From NCBI GenBank assembly GCA_044344255.1, contig JBIJDH010000024.1, positions 1 through 64,000 of the forward strand: a stretch of DNA of 64,000 nucleotides, read 5' to 3'. Made by a program: the position numbers and the translations under genes. Source of the stretch: Myxococcota bacterium. GTDB taxonomy: Bacteria > Myxococcota_A > UBA796 > UBA2385. Shown one piece after another: positions 33,348-42,466 of the stretch; position 1 is the first letter of the stretch, and each line of letters starts with the position of its first letter. The notes beneath the pieces were generated by a model, which saw only the letters and a list, made by a program, of their open reading frames with translations, was not told the DNA's origin and did no database searches.

Positions 33348-34934
33348 ATGCGCCGCTCTCCGCTCAGCCTGCTCGTCCTCCTCCTCGCCGCCTGCGGCGA
33401 CTCCACCCCGAAGGGCTCCACCTCCGAGACACCCGCCGACGGCGCGGATGGTGCGGACGGCGGCGACGGCACCGACGGCAGCGAGGGGGAGGGCGAGGGC
33501 GAAGGTGAGGGTGAGGGTGAGGGGGAGGGGGAGGGTGAAGGGGACGCCGACACCGACGCCGACAGCGACACCGACGTCGATGACGAGAGCCCCGCCGACA
33601 CCGACCTCCCCGAGGACACCGGCGAGCCCGAGTGTGACGAGGCCACCCCGGTGACCCTCTACCTCTCCCCGGACGACTCCAACTCCATGTCTTCGCCCGT
33701 CCAGGTGCGCGAGAAGGTGCTCGCGGCCGGGTATCCCGGCAGCGCGCCCATCCGGGTCTGGGAGTTCTTCAACTACTACCGCTTCGCCTACGCCCCCGCG
33801 GAGCCCGGCGCCCTCCGCCTCGACGCCGCGCTGGTCCCCCGGGTGGGCGGATCCTGGACCCTCCAGCTCGGCTTGACGAGCCCGCCCGCCGACACGGACC
33901 GCGATCTCATGAACCTCACCTTCGTGCTCGACACCTCGGGCTCGATGGAGGGTCGATCGATGGACATGATGAAGGCCTCGATGTCCGTCATCGCCGGGCA
34001 GCTCCAGGCCGGCGACATCGTCTCGATGGTGACCTGGTCGAGCGACGATCGGCTGATCCTCGACAGCCACACCATCACTGGTCCGAGTGACACGGCGCTG
34101 AAGGGTGCCATCACGGACCTCTCCGCCGCCGGCGGCACCGACCTCTCCAACGGGCTCACCAAGGGTTACGCGCTGGCCGAGAAGAACTACTCGGTCGGGC
34201 GGATCAACCGGGTGGTGCTCATCAGCGACGGGGGCGCGAACATGGGCGTCACCGACGGTGCGCTCATCGGCGCTCACGCCGCCGACAGCGACGCCGAGGG
34301 GATCTACCTGGTCGGCGTCGGGGTCGGCACCCACAACTACGACGACACCTTGATGGACGACGTCACCGACCTCGGGAAGGGCGCCGCGGTCTTCATCCCC
34401 ACCGAAGCGGAGGCGGAGCGGGTGTTCAGCGAGCGCTTCTCGAACACCTTCGGCGTCTCGGCCCGCGATGTGGGGCTCCAGCTCACCCTGCCGCCGGGCT
34501 TCGAGATCGTGCGCTTCTCCGGAGAGGAGTACAGCACCGACTTCACCGAGATCGAGCCCCAGCACCTCGCACCCGACGACAGCATGGTCTTCTTCCAGGA
34601 GATCGAGACCTGCGCGCCCGAGGGCATCAGCGACGAGAGCCCGGTGACCGTCACCGCCGTCTGGAAGGACCCCCTCACCTTTGTGTCCAACGAGCAGGTC
34701 CTGTCCACGACCTTTGGCGAGCTCGCGGCCGCCGACACCGTCGAGCTCACCCGCGGCGCGGCCCTCTTCGCTTATGTCGAGATGCTCAAGGCCTGTCGGT
34801 ACGGCTGCAGCGACGCGGTCGGGCTGGCGGCCTGGGACACGAGCATGGACGCCCTCGACGCCGCCGACCTCCTCCTCCCCGGCGACGCCGATCTGGCCGA
34901 GCTGCGCCTCATCACCGAGGCCCTGGCGCCCTGA
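33348..34934 (+). CDS. vWA-domain lipoprotein (YfbK-like)
   Basis: Lipobox LAAC, (EG)10 linker, EFFNYY, MIDAS DTSGSM, GGT, NRVVLISDG. Confidence 0.85.
   Translation: MRRSPLSLLVLLLAACGDSTPKGSTSETPADGADGADGGDGTDGSEGEGEGEGEGEGEGEGEGEGDADTDADSDTDVDDESPADTDLPEDTGEPECDEATPVTLYLSPDDSNSMSSPVQVREKVLAAGYPGSAPIRVWEFFNYYRFAYAPAEPGALRLDAALVPRVGGSWTLQLGLTSPPADTDRDLMNLTFVLDTSGSMEGRSMDMMKASMSVIAGQLQAGDIVSMVTWSSDDRLILDSHTITGPSDTALKGAITDLSAAGGTDLSNGLTKGYALAEKNYSVGRINRVVLISDGGANMGVTDGALIGAHAADSDAEGIYLVGVGVGTHNYDDTLMDDVTDLGKGAAVFIPTEAEAERVFSERFSNTFGVSARDVGLQLTLPPGFEIVRFSGEEYSTDFTEIEPQHLAPDDSMVFFQEIETCAPEGISDESPVTVTAVWKDPLTFVSNEQVLSTTFGELAAADTVELTRGAALFAYVEMLKACRYGCSDAVGLAAWDTSMDALDAADLLLPGDADLAELRLITEALAP
33483..33543 (+). 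repeat. 6-bp repeat encoding (EG)10
   Basis: GAGGGN units read directly. Confidence 0.8.
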
Positions 34935-35003
34935 TATCTCCCTGCTCCCCACTGCCTCCGGGCGCCAAGCACACTTTGTACTCTCGGACCGATCGGAGGC
35001 GCG

Positions 35004-36050
35004 GTGGAGTCTGAGCACCTGGACTATGAGAAGCTCGGCCGAGAGCTGCTCCTCGCCCTGCGAGGAAAACGCTCGCAGACCGCCTGGTCGCGGCGCCTTG
35101 GTTACAAGAGCAACGTCGCTTATGCCTGGGAGGCGGGCCGCCGCTGGCCGACCGCCGCCGAGACCCTCCGCGCCGCCGCCCGCACCCACATCGACGTCCG
35201 CGCGGCGCTGGAGCGCTTCTACGGCAAGCCTCCCCCCTGGCAGAGTGACCTCGACCCCACCACCCCCGCGGGCGTCGCCGCCCTCCTCGATGACCTGCGG
35301 GGGAGCACCTCCATCGCCGACCTCGCCCGACAGACCGGCCTCTCCCGATACGCGATCTCCCGCTGGCTCTCCGCCGCGACCGAGCCGCGCCTGCCGGACT
35401 TCCTCCGCCTGGTCGAGGTCGCCTCGGTGCGCCTCGTCGATCTCCTCGCCGCCTTCCTCGATCCCCGGCTCCTCCCCTCTATCGCCCCCCTCTGGGAGCG
35501 TATCGAGGCCCGCCGACGCGGCGCGGCGGAGCTGCCCTGGACCCAGGCCATCGTGCGGGTGCTCGAGCTCGACGCCTATCGGGCCCTCCCGGCCCACGAG
35601 CCCGGCTGGGTCGCCCAGCGACTGGGCATCGAAGAGGCCGAGGAGGCCCGCTGCCTCGCCTTCCTCCGCGACACCGGCCAGGTGAGCTGGACGGGCACTC
35701 ACTACCACCCCGATCTGCAGGCCGTCGACACCCGCCGGCACCCCGAGATCGGCCGCAAGCTCAAGGCCCACTGGACCCGCGTGGGCGCCGAGCGGATCGA
35801 GGCGGGCGCCCCCGGCCAGTTCTCCTACAACGTGTTCACCGTCTCGGCGGCAGACTTTGAGCGCATCCGAGAGGCGCACCTCCAGTACTTTCACGCCCTC
35901 CGCTCGATCGTCGCCGCCTCGTCGCCCAATGAGGTGGTCGCGGTGGCCAACGTGCAGCTCTTCGCCCTCGGGCCACAGACGACAGGGCCCGTCGGGCCGC
36001 AGACGACAGGGCCCGTCGGGCCGCAGACGACAGGGCCCGTCGGGCGCTAA
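35004..36050 (+). CDS. Double XRE-HTH / DUF4423-type transcriptional regulator
   Basis: Two XRE-like HTHs (SQTAWSRRLG..AWEAGRRWP; SIADLARQTGLSRYAISRWL) and a C-terminal FSYNVFTVS..ANVQLFAL. Confidence 0.75.
   Translation: MESEHLDYEKLGRELLLALRGKRSQTAWSRRLGYKSNVAYAWEAGRRWPTAAETLRAAARTHIDVRAALERFYGKPPPWQSDLDPTTPAGVAALLDDLRGSTSIADLARQTGLSRYAISRWLSAATEPRLPDFLRLVEVASVRLVDLLAAFLDPRLLPSIAPLWERIEARRRGAAELPWTQAIVRVLELDAYRALPAHEPGWVAQRLGIEEAEEARCLAFLRDTGQVSWTGTHYHPDLQAVDTRRHPEIGRKLKAHWTRVGAERIEAGAPGQFSYNVFTVSAADFERIREAHLQYFHALRSIVAASSPNEVVAVANVQLFALGPQTTGPVGPQTTGPVGPQTTGPVGR
35970..36041 (+). repeat. 24-bp tandem repeat x3 (GGGCCRCAGACGACAGGGCCCGTC) at the regulator's 3' end
   Basis: Read directly. 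Encodes GPQTTGPV x3. Confidence 0.9.
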
Positions 36051-36553
36051 TTTCCGCTCCGGGCCTCGCTCCCGCGCTTCGCCGCTCGGCGTCGGAGCTC
36101 GGCCGGCCCGAGAAAGAGGCCATAGGGCTCCTCCCCGCGCACGTGGTGGACCTCGTGGGCGGCGACGATCCGCCGAAAGAACCGGGAGCGCCCAAGGAAG
36201 GCCACCGGCAGCCTCCCGTGGATGAGCCCGTCGTGTACCACGGAGTAAGACAGTCCAAAGGCGGTCATGCCGAGGCCCACCGCGAAGAGCACCTCGCGGA
36301 GCAGCCCCGGCGCGCCGAGGCAGCCATAGAGGATCATCGCGATAGCCGGGGGCGCGTGGAGGACGGCGAAGACGTCGTTCTTCTCGAAGCGGCCGACCCT
36401 CGGCTCATGGTGAGAGCGGTGCCAGCCCCAGAGCGGGCCGTGCCAGACCCGCCCGTGCACGAAGGCCGACCAGGGCTCCATCATCGCGGCGACGGGGAGG
36501 CCGACGAGGAGCCAGACGAGCACCTTCTGCCCCGCCTCGGACAGGTCGCTCAT
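36047..36553 (-). CDS. crtZ: Beta-carotene hydroxylase
   Basis: His boxes HGRVWHG, WHRSHH, FEKND, VVHDGLIHGR, AHEVHH. ATGA overlap with carH. Confidence 0.9.
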   Translation of the reverse strand: MSDLSEAGQKVLVWLLVGLPVAAMMEPWSAFVHGRVWHGPLWGWHRSHHEPRVGRFEKNDVFAVLHAPPAIAMILYGCLGAPGLLREVLFAVGLGMTAFGLSYSVVHDGLIHGRLPVAFLGRSRFFRRIVAAHEVHHVRGEEPYGLFLGPAELRRRAAKRGSEARSGN

Positions 36554-37434
36554 TTTGCGGCCTCGCGGACGAGGAGGGAGGAGGCGCTGCCGACCCACTC
36601 CACGCCGCGCACGGGGGGCAGCAGCTCGGTGTCGATCCCGCGGCCGCCGATCACCACGCGGGTGGCCTCATCACAGCCCCCCCGGAGGGCCCGCGCATAG
36701 GCGACGAGCTCGCCCATGTGCTGGGTCAACATCACGCCGATGCAGACCATCTGCGGCCGCGCGTCGCGCAGCATCAGCAGGAGGTCCGGGAGGGGGACGT
36801 CCGCGCCGAGGTAGGTCACCCGCCAGCCCTGGAGGGCGAGGAGCACGGAGAGGCCGAGGAGGCCACCGTCATGCCGCTCCGCGGGGAACCCCGCCGCGAC
36901 GACGCCCGGCCCGCCCACAGGCCCGCACTCGAGGCTGAGCAGCATCGCCACCATCTGCTCGCGGCAAAACTCGCTGGCGAAGTGCTCCTGAGCGACCGTG
37001 ATCTCCCCCCTCGACCAGCGCTCACCGAGCTCGCGCAGGATGGGGAAGTAGACATCGAGGACGAGGCGGTTGTAGCCGAGCGTCGCCATCCTGGGCACCA
37101 ACCGATCGGCCCGGGCCCGCTGGTAGGCCAGCAGCTCGACGACGAGCTGAGCGCGGAGTTGGTCGATGCCCTGGGGCTCCGGGAGCTCCGCCAGCGGCGG
37201 CGGCGGCGCCAGCTTGGCCCGATCTCCGAGCAGCGAGATGGCCTCGCTCACCTTGTGCCCGGCGTCTACGAGCCGCTTGATCTCCTTGAGAACCGCGACG
37301 TCCTGCTCCGAGAATTCCCGATAGCCGTTGTTCTGTCGCTCCGGCGTGAGCATTCCATAGCGCCGCTCCCACGCCAGGAGGGTGTTTCGAGGGATGCCCG
37401 TCAGCTCAGCTACAGTCTTGATGCGATAACCCAT
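36550..37434 (-). CDS. carH: MerR-family B12-binding photoregulator (CarH/CarA/LitR)
   Basis: MerR HTH (YRIKTVAELTG..LLAWERRYG), W-x9-EH (WSRGEITVAQEH), ExHxxG (ERHDGG), YLGADVP. Located inside the crt operon. Confidence 0.85.
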   Translation of the reverse strand: MGYRIKTVAELTGIPRNTLLAWERRYGMLTPERQNNGYREFSEQDVAVLKEIKRLVDAGHKVSEAISLLGDRAKLAPPPPLAELPEPQGIDQLRAQLVVELLAYQRARADRLVPRMATLGYNRLVLDVYFPILRELGERWSRGEITVAQEHFASEFCREQMVAMLLSLECGPVGGPGVVAAGFPAERHDGGLLGLSVLLALQGWRVTYLGADVPLPDLLLMLRDARPQMVCIGVMLTQHMGELVAYARALRGGCDEATRVVIGGRGIDTELLPPVRGVEWVGSASSLLVREAAK

Positions 37435-37437
37435 GAT

Positions 37438-38358
37438 TTAAGAGCCTCGGGGAGCCGGAAGAGCCGCGGTGCCGGCGACCTGTCGCCATTTCAAGAAGTC
37501 CATCAGACCGGAGACGACCGCTCCCAGTCGGGAGAGGGGGGGCAAGATGGTTCGACCGTGGCTGGGGTCGGCGCCATGGACCGCCACGAGGCGGTGCCCA
37601 ATGCCCTGGTAGAGGCGCGCCGCGACGAAGATCGCGACCCGGCTGCGGAGGGGGATGAAGCCCATGCCGGCGCGACCGAGATCGTAGAGGCCGTCCGCCC
37701 GGCGCAGCAGCGCGCGGACCACCCGGGACAGGGCCGCGCGGTCGGCGGTGCCTGCGAGCACCGCCTCCGGGGTGAGGCCCTCTGCCGACAGGCGGGACGC
37801 GGGGAGGTAGACCCTGCCCATTCGGGCGTCCTCGACCACGTCGCGACTGAGGTTCGTGAGCTGCATCGCCATCCCGAGGGCGATGGCGTGCCGCCGGGCG
37901 GTGGGGTCTGTCACCCCGAGCACCCCGCACATGAGGAGGCCCACCGTCCCCGCCACCCGATAGCAGTAGAGATCGAGGACGGCATCGTCGGAGATCCGGA
38001 CGGGCTCCAGATCGGAGAGGGCGCCCTCGATGAGGTCGAGCGCGGCCTGGACCTCGATCTGCTTCTCCGCCGCCATCCGCAAGAAGTGGGAGACGAGGGG
38101 GCGAGGCACGGCCTCCTGACGCAGCTCGGCCTGCAGCTTCGAGAGCTCCAGGCGGGCGATCGCGGGGTCGGGGGACTCATCGGCGAGGTCATCGATGAGC
38201 CGACAGAGGGCATAGACCACCGCCGCGTCGTCGGTGGCCTGGGCGGGAAGGAAGAAGGCGGCCAATCGAAAGGAGCGGGCGTGCTTGGACAGGACCGCCC
38301 GGCTCTGGCTCACGAGCTCCTCGGCCCGCTCGACCTCCCCGGCGACGGCGGTGCTCAC
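37438..38358 (-). CDS. crtB: Phytoene synthase
   Basis: ARSFRLA, YALCRLIDDLAD, YCYRVAGTVG, LGMAMQLTNLSRDVVEDARMGRVYLP. Confidence 0.93.
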   Translation of the reverse strand: MSTAVAGEVERAEELVSQSRAVLSKHARSFRLAAFFLPAQATDDAAVVYALCRLIDDLADESPDPAIARLELSKLQAELRQEAVPRPLVSHFLRMAAEKQIEVQAALDLIEGALSDLEPVRISDDAVLDLYCYRVAGTVGLLMCGVLGVTDPTARRHAIALGMAMQLTNLSRDVVEDARMGRVYLPASRLSAEGLTPEAVLAGTADRAALSRVVRALLRRADGLYDLGRAGMGFIPLRSRVAIFVAARLYQGIGHRLVAVHGADPSHGRTILPPLSRLGAVVSGLMDFLKWRQVAGTAALPAPRGS

Positions 38359-39947
38359 TTTGCCACGCTGGGAAGCACGCGGGGGAGGCGGGCGCTCACC
38401 AAACGCGCGGCCGAGGGCAGCGGGAGGGCGGCCACCGGCAGGGGCACCACCTTCTCCATCACCTTGGCGCCGCAGAGCACCCCCGGTACGCCGGCGCCCG
38501 GGTGGGTGCTGGCGCCGACGAAGTAGAGCCCGTCTACGTCCTCGGAGCGGTTGTGGTATCGGAACCAGGCCGACTGGGTGAGCACGGGCTCGATGCCGAA
38601 GGCCGCGCCCTGATAGGACCGCAGGTCTCCGGCGAAGTAGCGCGGATCGACCGAGTGGCAGGTGACGATGTGCTCGCGCAGGCCGGGCAGCACCCGGGCC
38701 TCGAGGTGAGAGAGGATGCGCTGCTCGTACTCTGGCGCCGCCTCTGCCCAGTCAATGCCCGAGAGCTGGTTGGGCACCGGCGAGAGCACATAGAAGGCCT
38801 CTCCCCCCGGCGGTGCGAGATCGGGATCGGAGCGAGTGGGGGCGTGGAGGTAGAGCGAGAAGTCGTCGGCCAGCACCTTCTTGTTGAAGATGTCGGTGAG
38901 CAGCCCCTCGTAGCGGGGCCCGAGCACGATCGAGTGGTGGGCCTGATCGGCATACGGGATGTCGGTGCCGAAGTAGGTCACGAACAAGCTCATCGACTGG
39001 CGCTTTCGGGCGACGGCGCGGTCGCTGTGCTTGCTCCGGTGCTCTGGCGCGATCATCTTCGTGTAGACCATCGAAGGATCGGCGTTGCTGACCACGAAGC
39101 GACAGGGGATCCGCTCGCCGCTCTCGAGCACCACCGCCACCGCGCGCCCGTCCTTCACCTCGATACGCTCGACCGGCGCCTCGGTGCGCACCTCGACGTC
39201 GAGCTCGGCGAGGAGGTCCGTCAGCGCGGTCACGAGGGCGCCCGTGCCGCCCTTCGGGAAGAAGACCCCCCATTTTCGCTCGAGCCAGTGGATGAGCATG
39301 TAGATGGAGGTGGTCTCCATCGGGTTGCCGCCCACCAGCAGGGGCTGAAAGGTGAAGACCTGCCGCAGGCGGGGGTCTTCGATGTACTTGCTCACGAGAC
39401 CATAGACGGTGCGGTAGCTCTCGAGGCGCACCATGTCGGGCACGGCGCGCAGCATGTCCGAGAGGCGGTCGAAGGGCTGATCGGCCAGCTTCATGTAGCC
39501 GACGTCGAAGATGCGCTCGGCGTGGGCGGCGAGGCGGCGATAACCATCGACGTCGCGAGGGGAGAGGGCCTGGATCTGCGAGAGGATCCGCTCCTCCTCG
39601 CCCACGTAGTCGAAGGTGGCGCCGTCGGGGAACATCACCCGGTAGAAGGGATCGACCGGCAGCAGCTCGACATAATCTCGCCGGTCTCTCCCCACGAGGC
39701 TGAAGAGCTCGTCGATGAGGTAGGGAGCGGTGATGACGGTGGGGCCGGCGTCGAAGGTGAAGCCCTCTCGATGGAAGACCCGCGCGCGGCCGCCGGCCTG
39801 GGGCCCCGCCTCGAGGACACGCACGGGGTGACCCATGGCGCGGAGGCGGATGGCAGCAGCGAGGCCGCCGAAGCCGGCGCCGATGACGACGACGGGCGCG
39901 CCGTCCGCGGTGGGGCGGGCCCCGGTCTGTTCAGGATTGGGGGACAT
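38355..39947 (-). CDS. crtI: Phytoene desaturase
   Basis: VIGAGFGGLAAAIRL, FDAGPTVITAP, LERKWGV, ADDFSLYLHAP, EPVLTQSAWFR, GASTHPGAGVPGV. ATG at 39947. Confidence 0.95.
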   Translation of the reverse strand: MSPNPEQTGARPTADGAPVVVIGAGFGGLAAAIRLRAMGHPVRVLEAGPQAGGRARVFHREGFTFDAGPTVITAPYLIDELFSLVGRDRRDYVELLPVDPFYRVMFPDGATFDYVGEEERILSQIQALSPRDVDGYRRLAAHAERIFDVGYMKLADQPFDRLSDMLRAVPDMVRLESYRTVYGLVSKYIEDPRLRQVFTFQPLLVGGNPMETTSIYMLIHWLERKWGVFFPKGGTGALVTALTDLLAELDVEVRTEAPVERIEVKDGRAVAVVLESGERIPCRFVVSNADPSMVYTKMIAPEHRSKHSDRAVARKRQSMSLFVTYFGTDIPYADQAHHSIVLGPRYEGLLTDIFNKKVLADDFSLYLHAPTRSDPDLAPPGGEAFYVLSPVPNQLSGIDWAEAAPEYEQRILSHLEARVLPGLREHIVTCHSVDPRYFAGDLRSYQGAAFGIEPVLTQSAWFRYHNRSEDVDGLYFVGASTHPGAGVPGVLCGAKVMEKVVPLPVAALPLPSAARLVSARLPRVLPSVAK

Positions 39948-41091
39948 GGGAGGGGCTCCAGAGCTGGGCGATCGGGGCGAGGGAGGCGTCCACGAGCTCG
40001 GTGGCCACGCCCCGGAGGGCGGCGGTGAGCGCGGGATCGGAGAGGACCTGTTCACGGATCTGCATGATCTCGGTGAGCACGGCGTCGAGCGCGCCGCTCT
40101 TGCGGAAGCGCCGGATCGCGAGCTCGACGCTCGAGTCGGGGGTGGCCTCGCGGGGGGCCTGGAGCAGGGCGAGCAGCCAAGGCCGGTCGGAGGGGGCGCG
40201 CTCGAGGTGGGCGACGACGAGGCTGCTCACCTTGCCCTCGCGGAGGTCCGCGCCAGGGCGGCCGCGACCTTTGTCTCCGTAGAGGTCGACCACGTCGTCC
40301 TGGAGCTGGAAGAGCACGCCGAGCTCGGCGAAGGGGGCGGACATCCGGGCGGCGGCGGCGGCGTCGTAGCCGGCCACCAGCGCGGCGCCCTCGACCGGCA
40401 GCGAGAAGAGCCCGCCGGTCTTTCCCCGAGCGGCCCGCACCCAGGCGGCGCGGTGGAGGTGCTCGCCGGGCAGGAGGTCGATGTCTTCCACTTGACCGCG
40501 CACGGTGCGGACCGCAGCCTCAGCGAGCGAGCGGGAGAGGGCGGCGCGATGGTCCCCCGAGACCTGCAGGCTGGCGAGGGCCACGAAGGGGAGCATCAGG
40601 AGGAGGTCACCGGCGTTGATGGCCTGGTGGACCCCGTGGCGCACCCAGGTGGTGGGCTGGCCGCGGCGGACGGTGTCACCGTCCTGGATGTCATCGTGGA
40701 TGAGCGTGGCATTATGAAGCAGCTCACAGGCCGCGGCCCAGGGCGCGGCGGCGGCGCGGTCGCCCCCGAGGGCGGCGGTGGCGGCGAGGGCGAGGCGGGC
40801 CCGCACCCGCTTGCCGCCGGTGGAGAGGTGCTCCTGCACCATCACGCCGGCCCGATCGAGCCGATCTCCAGACGCCAACCGCCCCATCATCGCCTCGACG
40901 AGGTCGAGCCCCTCATCGCAGAAGATGGAGTCTTCCCCCATCACGACGGGTGAAACGGGCGGGACCGGCAGCGGCAAGACCGGCAGCGGCAGGACCGGCA
41001 GCGGAAGGACAGACAGGGGCAGGACAGACAAGGGCAGGACAGACAAGGGTAGTGCGGACATCGGGCTCCCTTCGGGGGCGGGCGGCATCAT
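39931..41091 (-). CDS. crtE: Geranylgeranyl diphosphate synthase (polyprenyl synthetase)
   Basis: GGKRVR, ELLHNATLIHDDIQDGDTVRRG, KT, FQLQDD, DLREGK. Start at 41091 (ATGA overlap) or 41061. Confidence 0.88.
   Translation of the reverse strand: MMPPAPEGSPMSALPLSVLPLSVLPLSVLPLPVLPLPVLPLPVPPVSPVVMGEDSIFCDEGLDLVEAMMGRLASGDRLDRAGVMVQEHLSTGGKRVRARLALAATAALGGDRAAAAPWAAACELLHNATLIHDDIQDGDTVRRGQPTTWVRHGVHQAINAGDLLLMLPFVALASLQVSGDHRAALSRSLAEAAVRTVRGQVEDIDLLPGEHLHRAAWVRAARGKTGGLFSLPVEGAALVAGYDAAAAARMSAPFAELGVLFQLQDDVVDLYGDKGRGRPGADLREGKVSSLVVAHLERAPSDRPWLLALLQAPREATPDSSVELAIRRFRKSGALDAVLTEIMQIREQVLSDPALTAALRGVATELVDASLAPIAQLWSPSHVPQS
40963..41052 (-). repeat. 15-bp tandem repeat (~6 copies) encoding LPLSV/LPLPV at the CrtE N-terminus
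   Basis: Translation SALPLSVLPLSVLPLSVLPLPVLPLPVLPLPV. Confidence 0.85.
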
Positions 41092-42371
41092 GCGCTCACG
41101 AGGCGGAGGAGGAGGTCGACCCCGCGGGGGCTGGCCCCGGCGCGGGCGAGGGTCTGTCGCAGATCGTTGCGGGCCTCGAGGAAGAAGGCGGCCATCGTGC
41201 GGAGCAGCTCGGGGGAGGGCGAGCCGGCGTCGAGGAAGCCCTGCCAACGCTCCGCGGGAAGCGCGAAGAAGGCGTCGAAGAAGGCCTCGGTGCCGGCCCG
41301 GTCAAGGCCGCCGATCACGCCCATCCCAAATCGATAGACCGCCCACTGCCGCAGGCGGTCGAGGGGCCAGAGGGTGTCCCACGCCTGCCGAGAGACCTCC
41401 GCGGGGCTGCCTTCGGCCGTGGCGAGCAGGCGGGCGAGGGCGGGGGCCTCCCGGAGGGCTCGGGCGACCTGATAGCCCGTAGCGGGGTGCACCATCCCGG
41501 CGGCGGCGCCAAAGCCGAGCGTGCGCTGTCCGATCGCCGGCATCGTGCCCCCCATCGGGATGACACACCGCTCTTCGGAGAGGACCCGCGTGGGCCGGAG
41601 CCCCATCCGGCTGAGCCGGCGAGAGAGGCGCCCCGCCAAGACCTCGAAGGAGACAGGCTGATCGCGGACGAGCACCGTCTCCTCGACGAAGATCTGGTGC
41701 CGGCCGAGAGGCAGGGCATAGAGGAAGGTGGGGAGGGCCTCGACGGCCGCGTCGACGAGCTCCGGCCCAGGGCGAAGGGCAGAGAGGGGCCGCCAGTCCA
41801 TCAGGACCATCTCACCCGGCTCGAAGGGGTGGCCCTCGACCTCGATGAGCTGCCCATAGGCCGACTGGAAGCCCGGAGAGCCGGAGCGCCCGGGGGTGAG
41901 CAAGGTCTGTCGGCCGGTGGCGTCCACCACGTGGCGGGCCTCGAAGACCCGCCCATCCGAGAGGGTGACGGCGCTGCCGCGCTCGCCGTGAGAGACCGCC
42001 ACGGCCTGCCCGGGCTCGTGATCGACCCCTAAGCAGAGGCAGCGGTCTGCGAAGAGCTGCTGGAGCCGTGCCGTGTCGAGCCGGGCGTACCGACGCCCCA
42101 GGTTGAGCTCGGGGCGGGAGGAGGTGGAGACGCGCGGGCAGAGCCAGGTCGCCTCGACCACGCCCGGGTCTTCCGGGAAGAGGCCCTCGATCTCCGAAGA
42201 CCAGGCACCGTAATTGTGCGTCCAGCCGGCCAGCGGCTCCGGGGAGATCAAGCGGACCCTCAGGCCCTCCGCCGCGCTCGCCGCGGCCAGCGAGACCGCG
42301 GCGGGGCCGCCGCCGACGACCAGAAGATCGACGGAGGGGGCGCCCAGGGTGCGGTCGGGGAGTGCGTTCAT
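41088..42371 (-). CDS. crtL: Lycopene cyclase, CrtL (plant/cyanobacterial-like) type
   Basis: DLLVVGGGPA, NYGAW, FQSAYG, MVLMDWR, PTFLYALP, FVEET, EERCVIPMGG, GAAAGMVHPATGY, FFDAFF. ATG at 42371. Confidence 0.88.
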   Translation of the reverse strand: MNALPDRTLGAPSVDLLVVGGGPAAVSLAAASAAEGLRVRLISPEPLAGWTHNYGAWSSEIEGLFPEDPGVVEATWLCPRVSTSSRPELNLGRRYARLDTARLQQLFADRCLCLGVDHEPGQAVAVSHGERGSAVTLSDGRVFEARHVVDATGRQTLLTPGRSGSPGFQSAYGQLIEVEGHPFEPGEMVLMDWRPLSALRPGPELVDAAVEALPTFLYALPLGRHQIFVEETVLVRDQPVSFEVLAGRLSRRLSRMGLRPTRVLSEERCVIPMGGTMPAIGQRTLGFGAAAGMVHPATGYQVARALREAPALARLLATAEGSPAEVSRQAWDTLWPLDRLRQWAVYRFGMGVIGGLDRAGTEAFFDAFFALPAERWQGFLDAGSPSPELLRTMAAFFLEARNDLRQTLARAGASPRGVDLLLRLVSA

Positions 42372-42410
42372 GGGGAGCCTCGAGGGAGGGCCGAAGGTGT
42401 GTGCGAACCA

Positions 42411-42449
42411 CTTGCCAAGTGTATACACAGGTTGTATATGGATGGCAAG
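42411..42449. promoter_or_regulatory. Dyad operator / overlapping divergent promoters of the crt operons (probable CarH site)
   Basis: CTTGCCA-N4-TATACA-N5-TGTATA-N4-TGGCAAG, perfectly symmetric, AT-rich, in the 95-bp gap between crtL and crtC. A TTGCCA -35-like hexamer lies on each strand. Confidence 0.75.
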
Positions 42450-42466
42450 AGCCAAGTGCAAAGTCC

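Noticed and set aside
33216..35894. 892-aa minus-strand ORF
   Set aside because: Shadow of the vWA and HTH genes.
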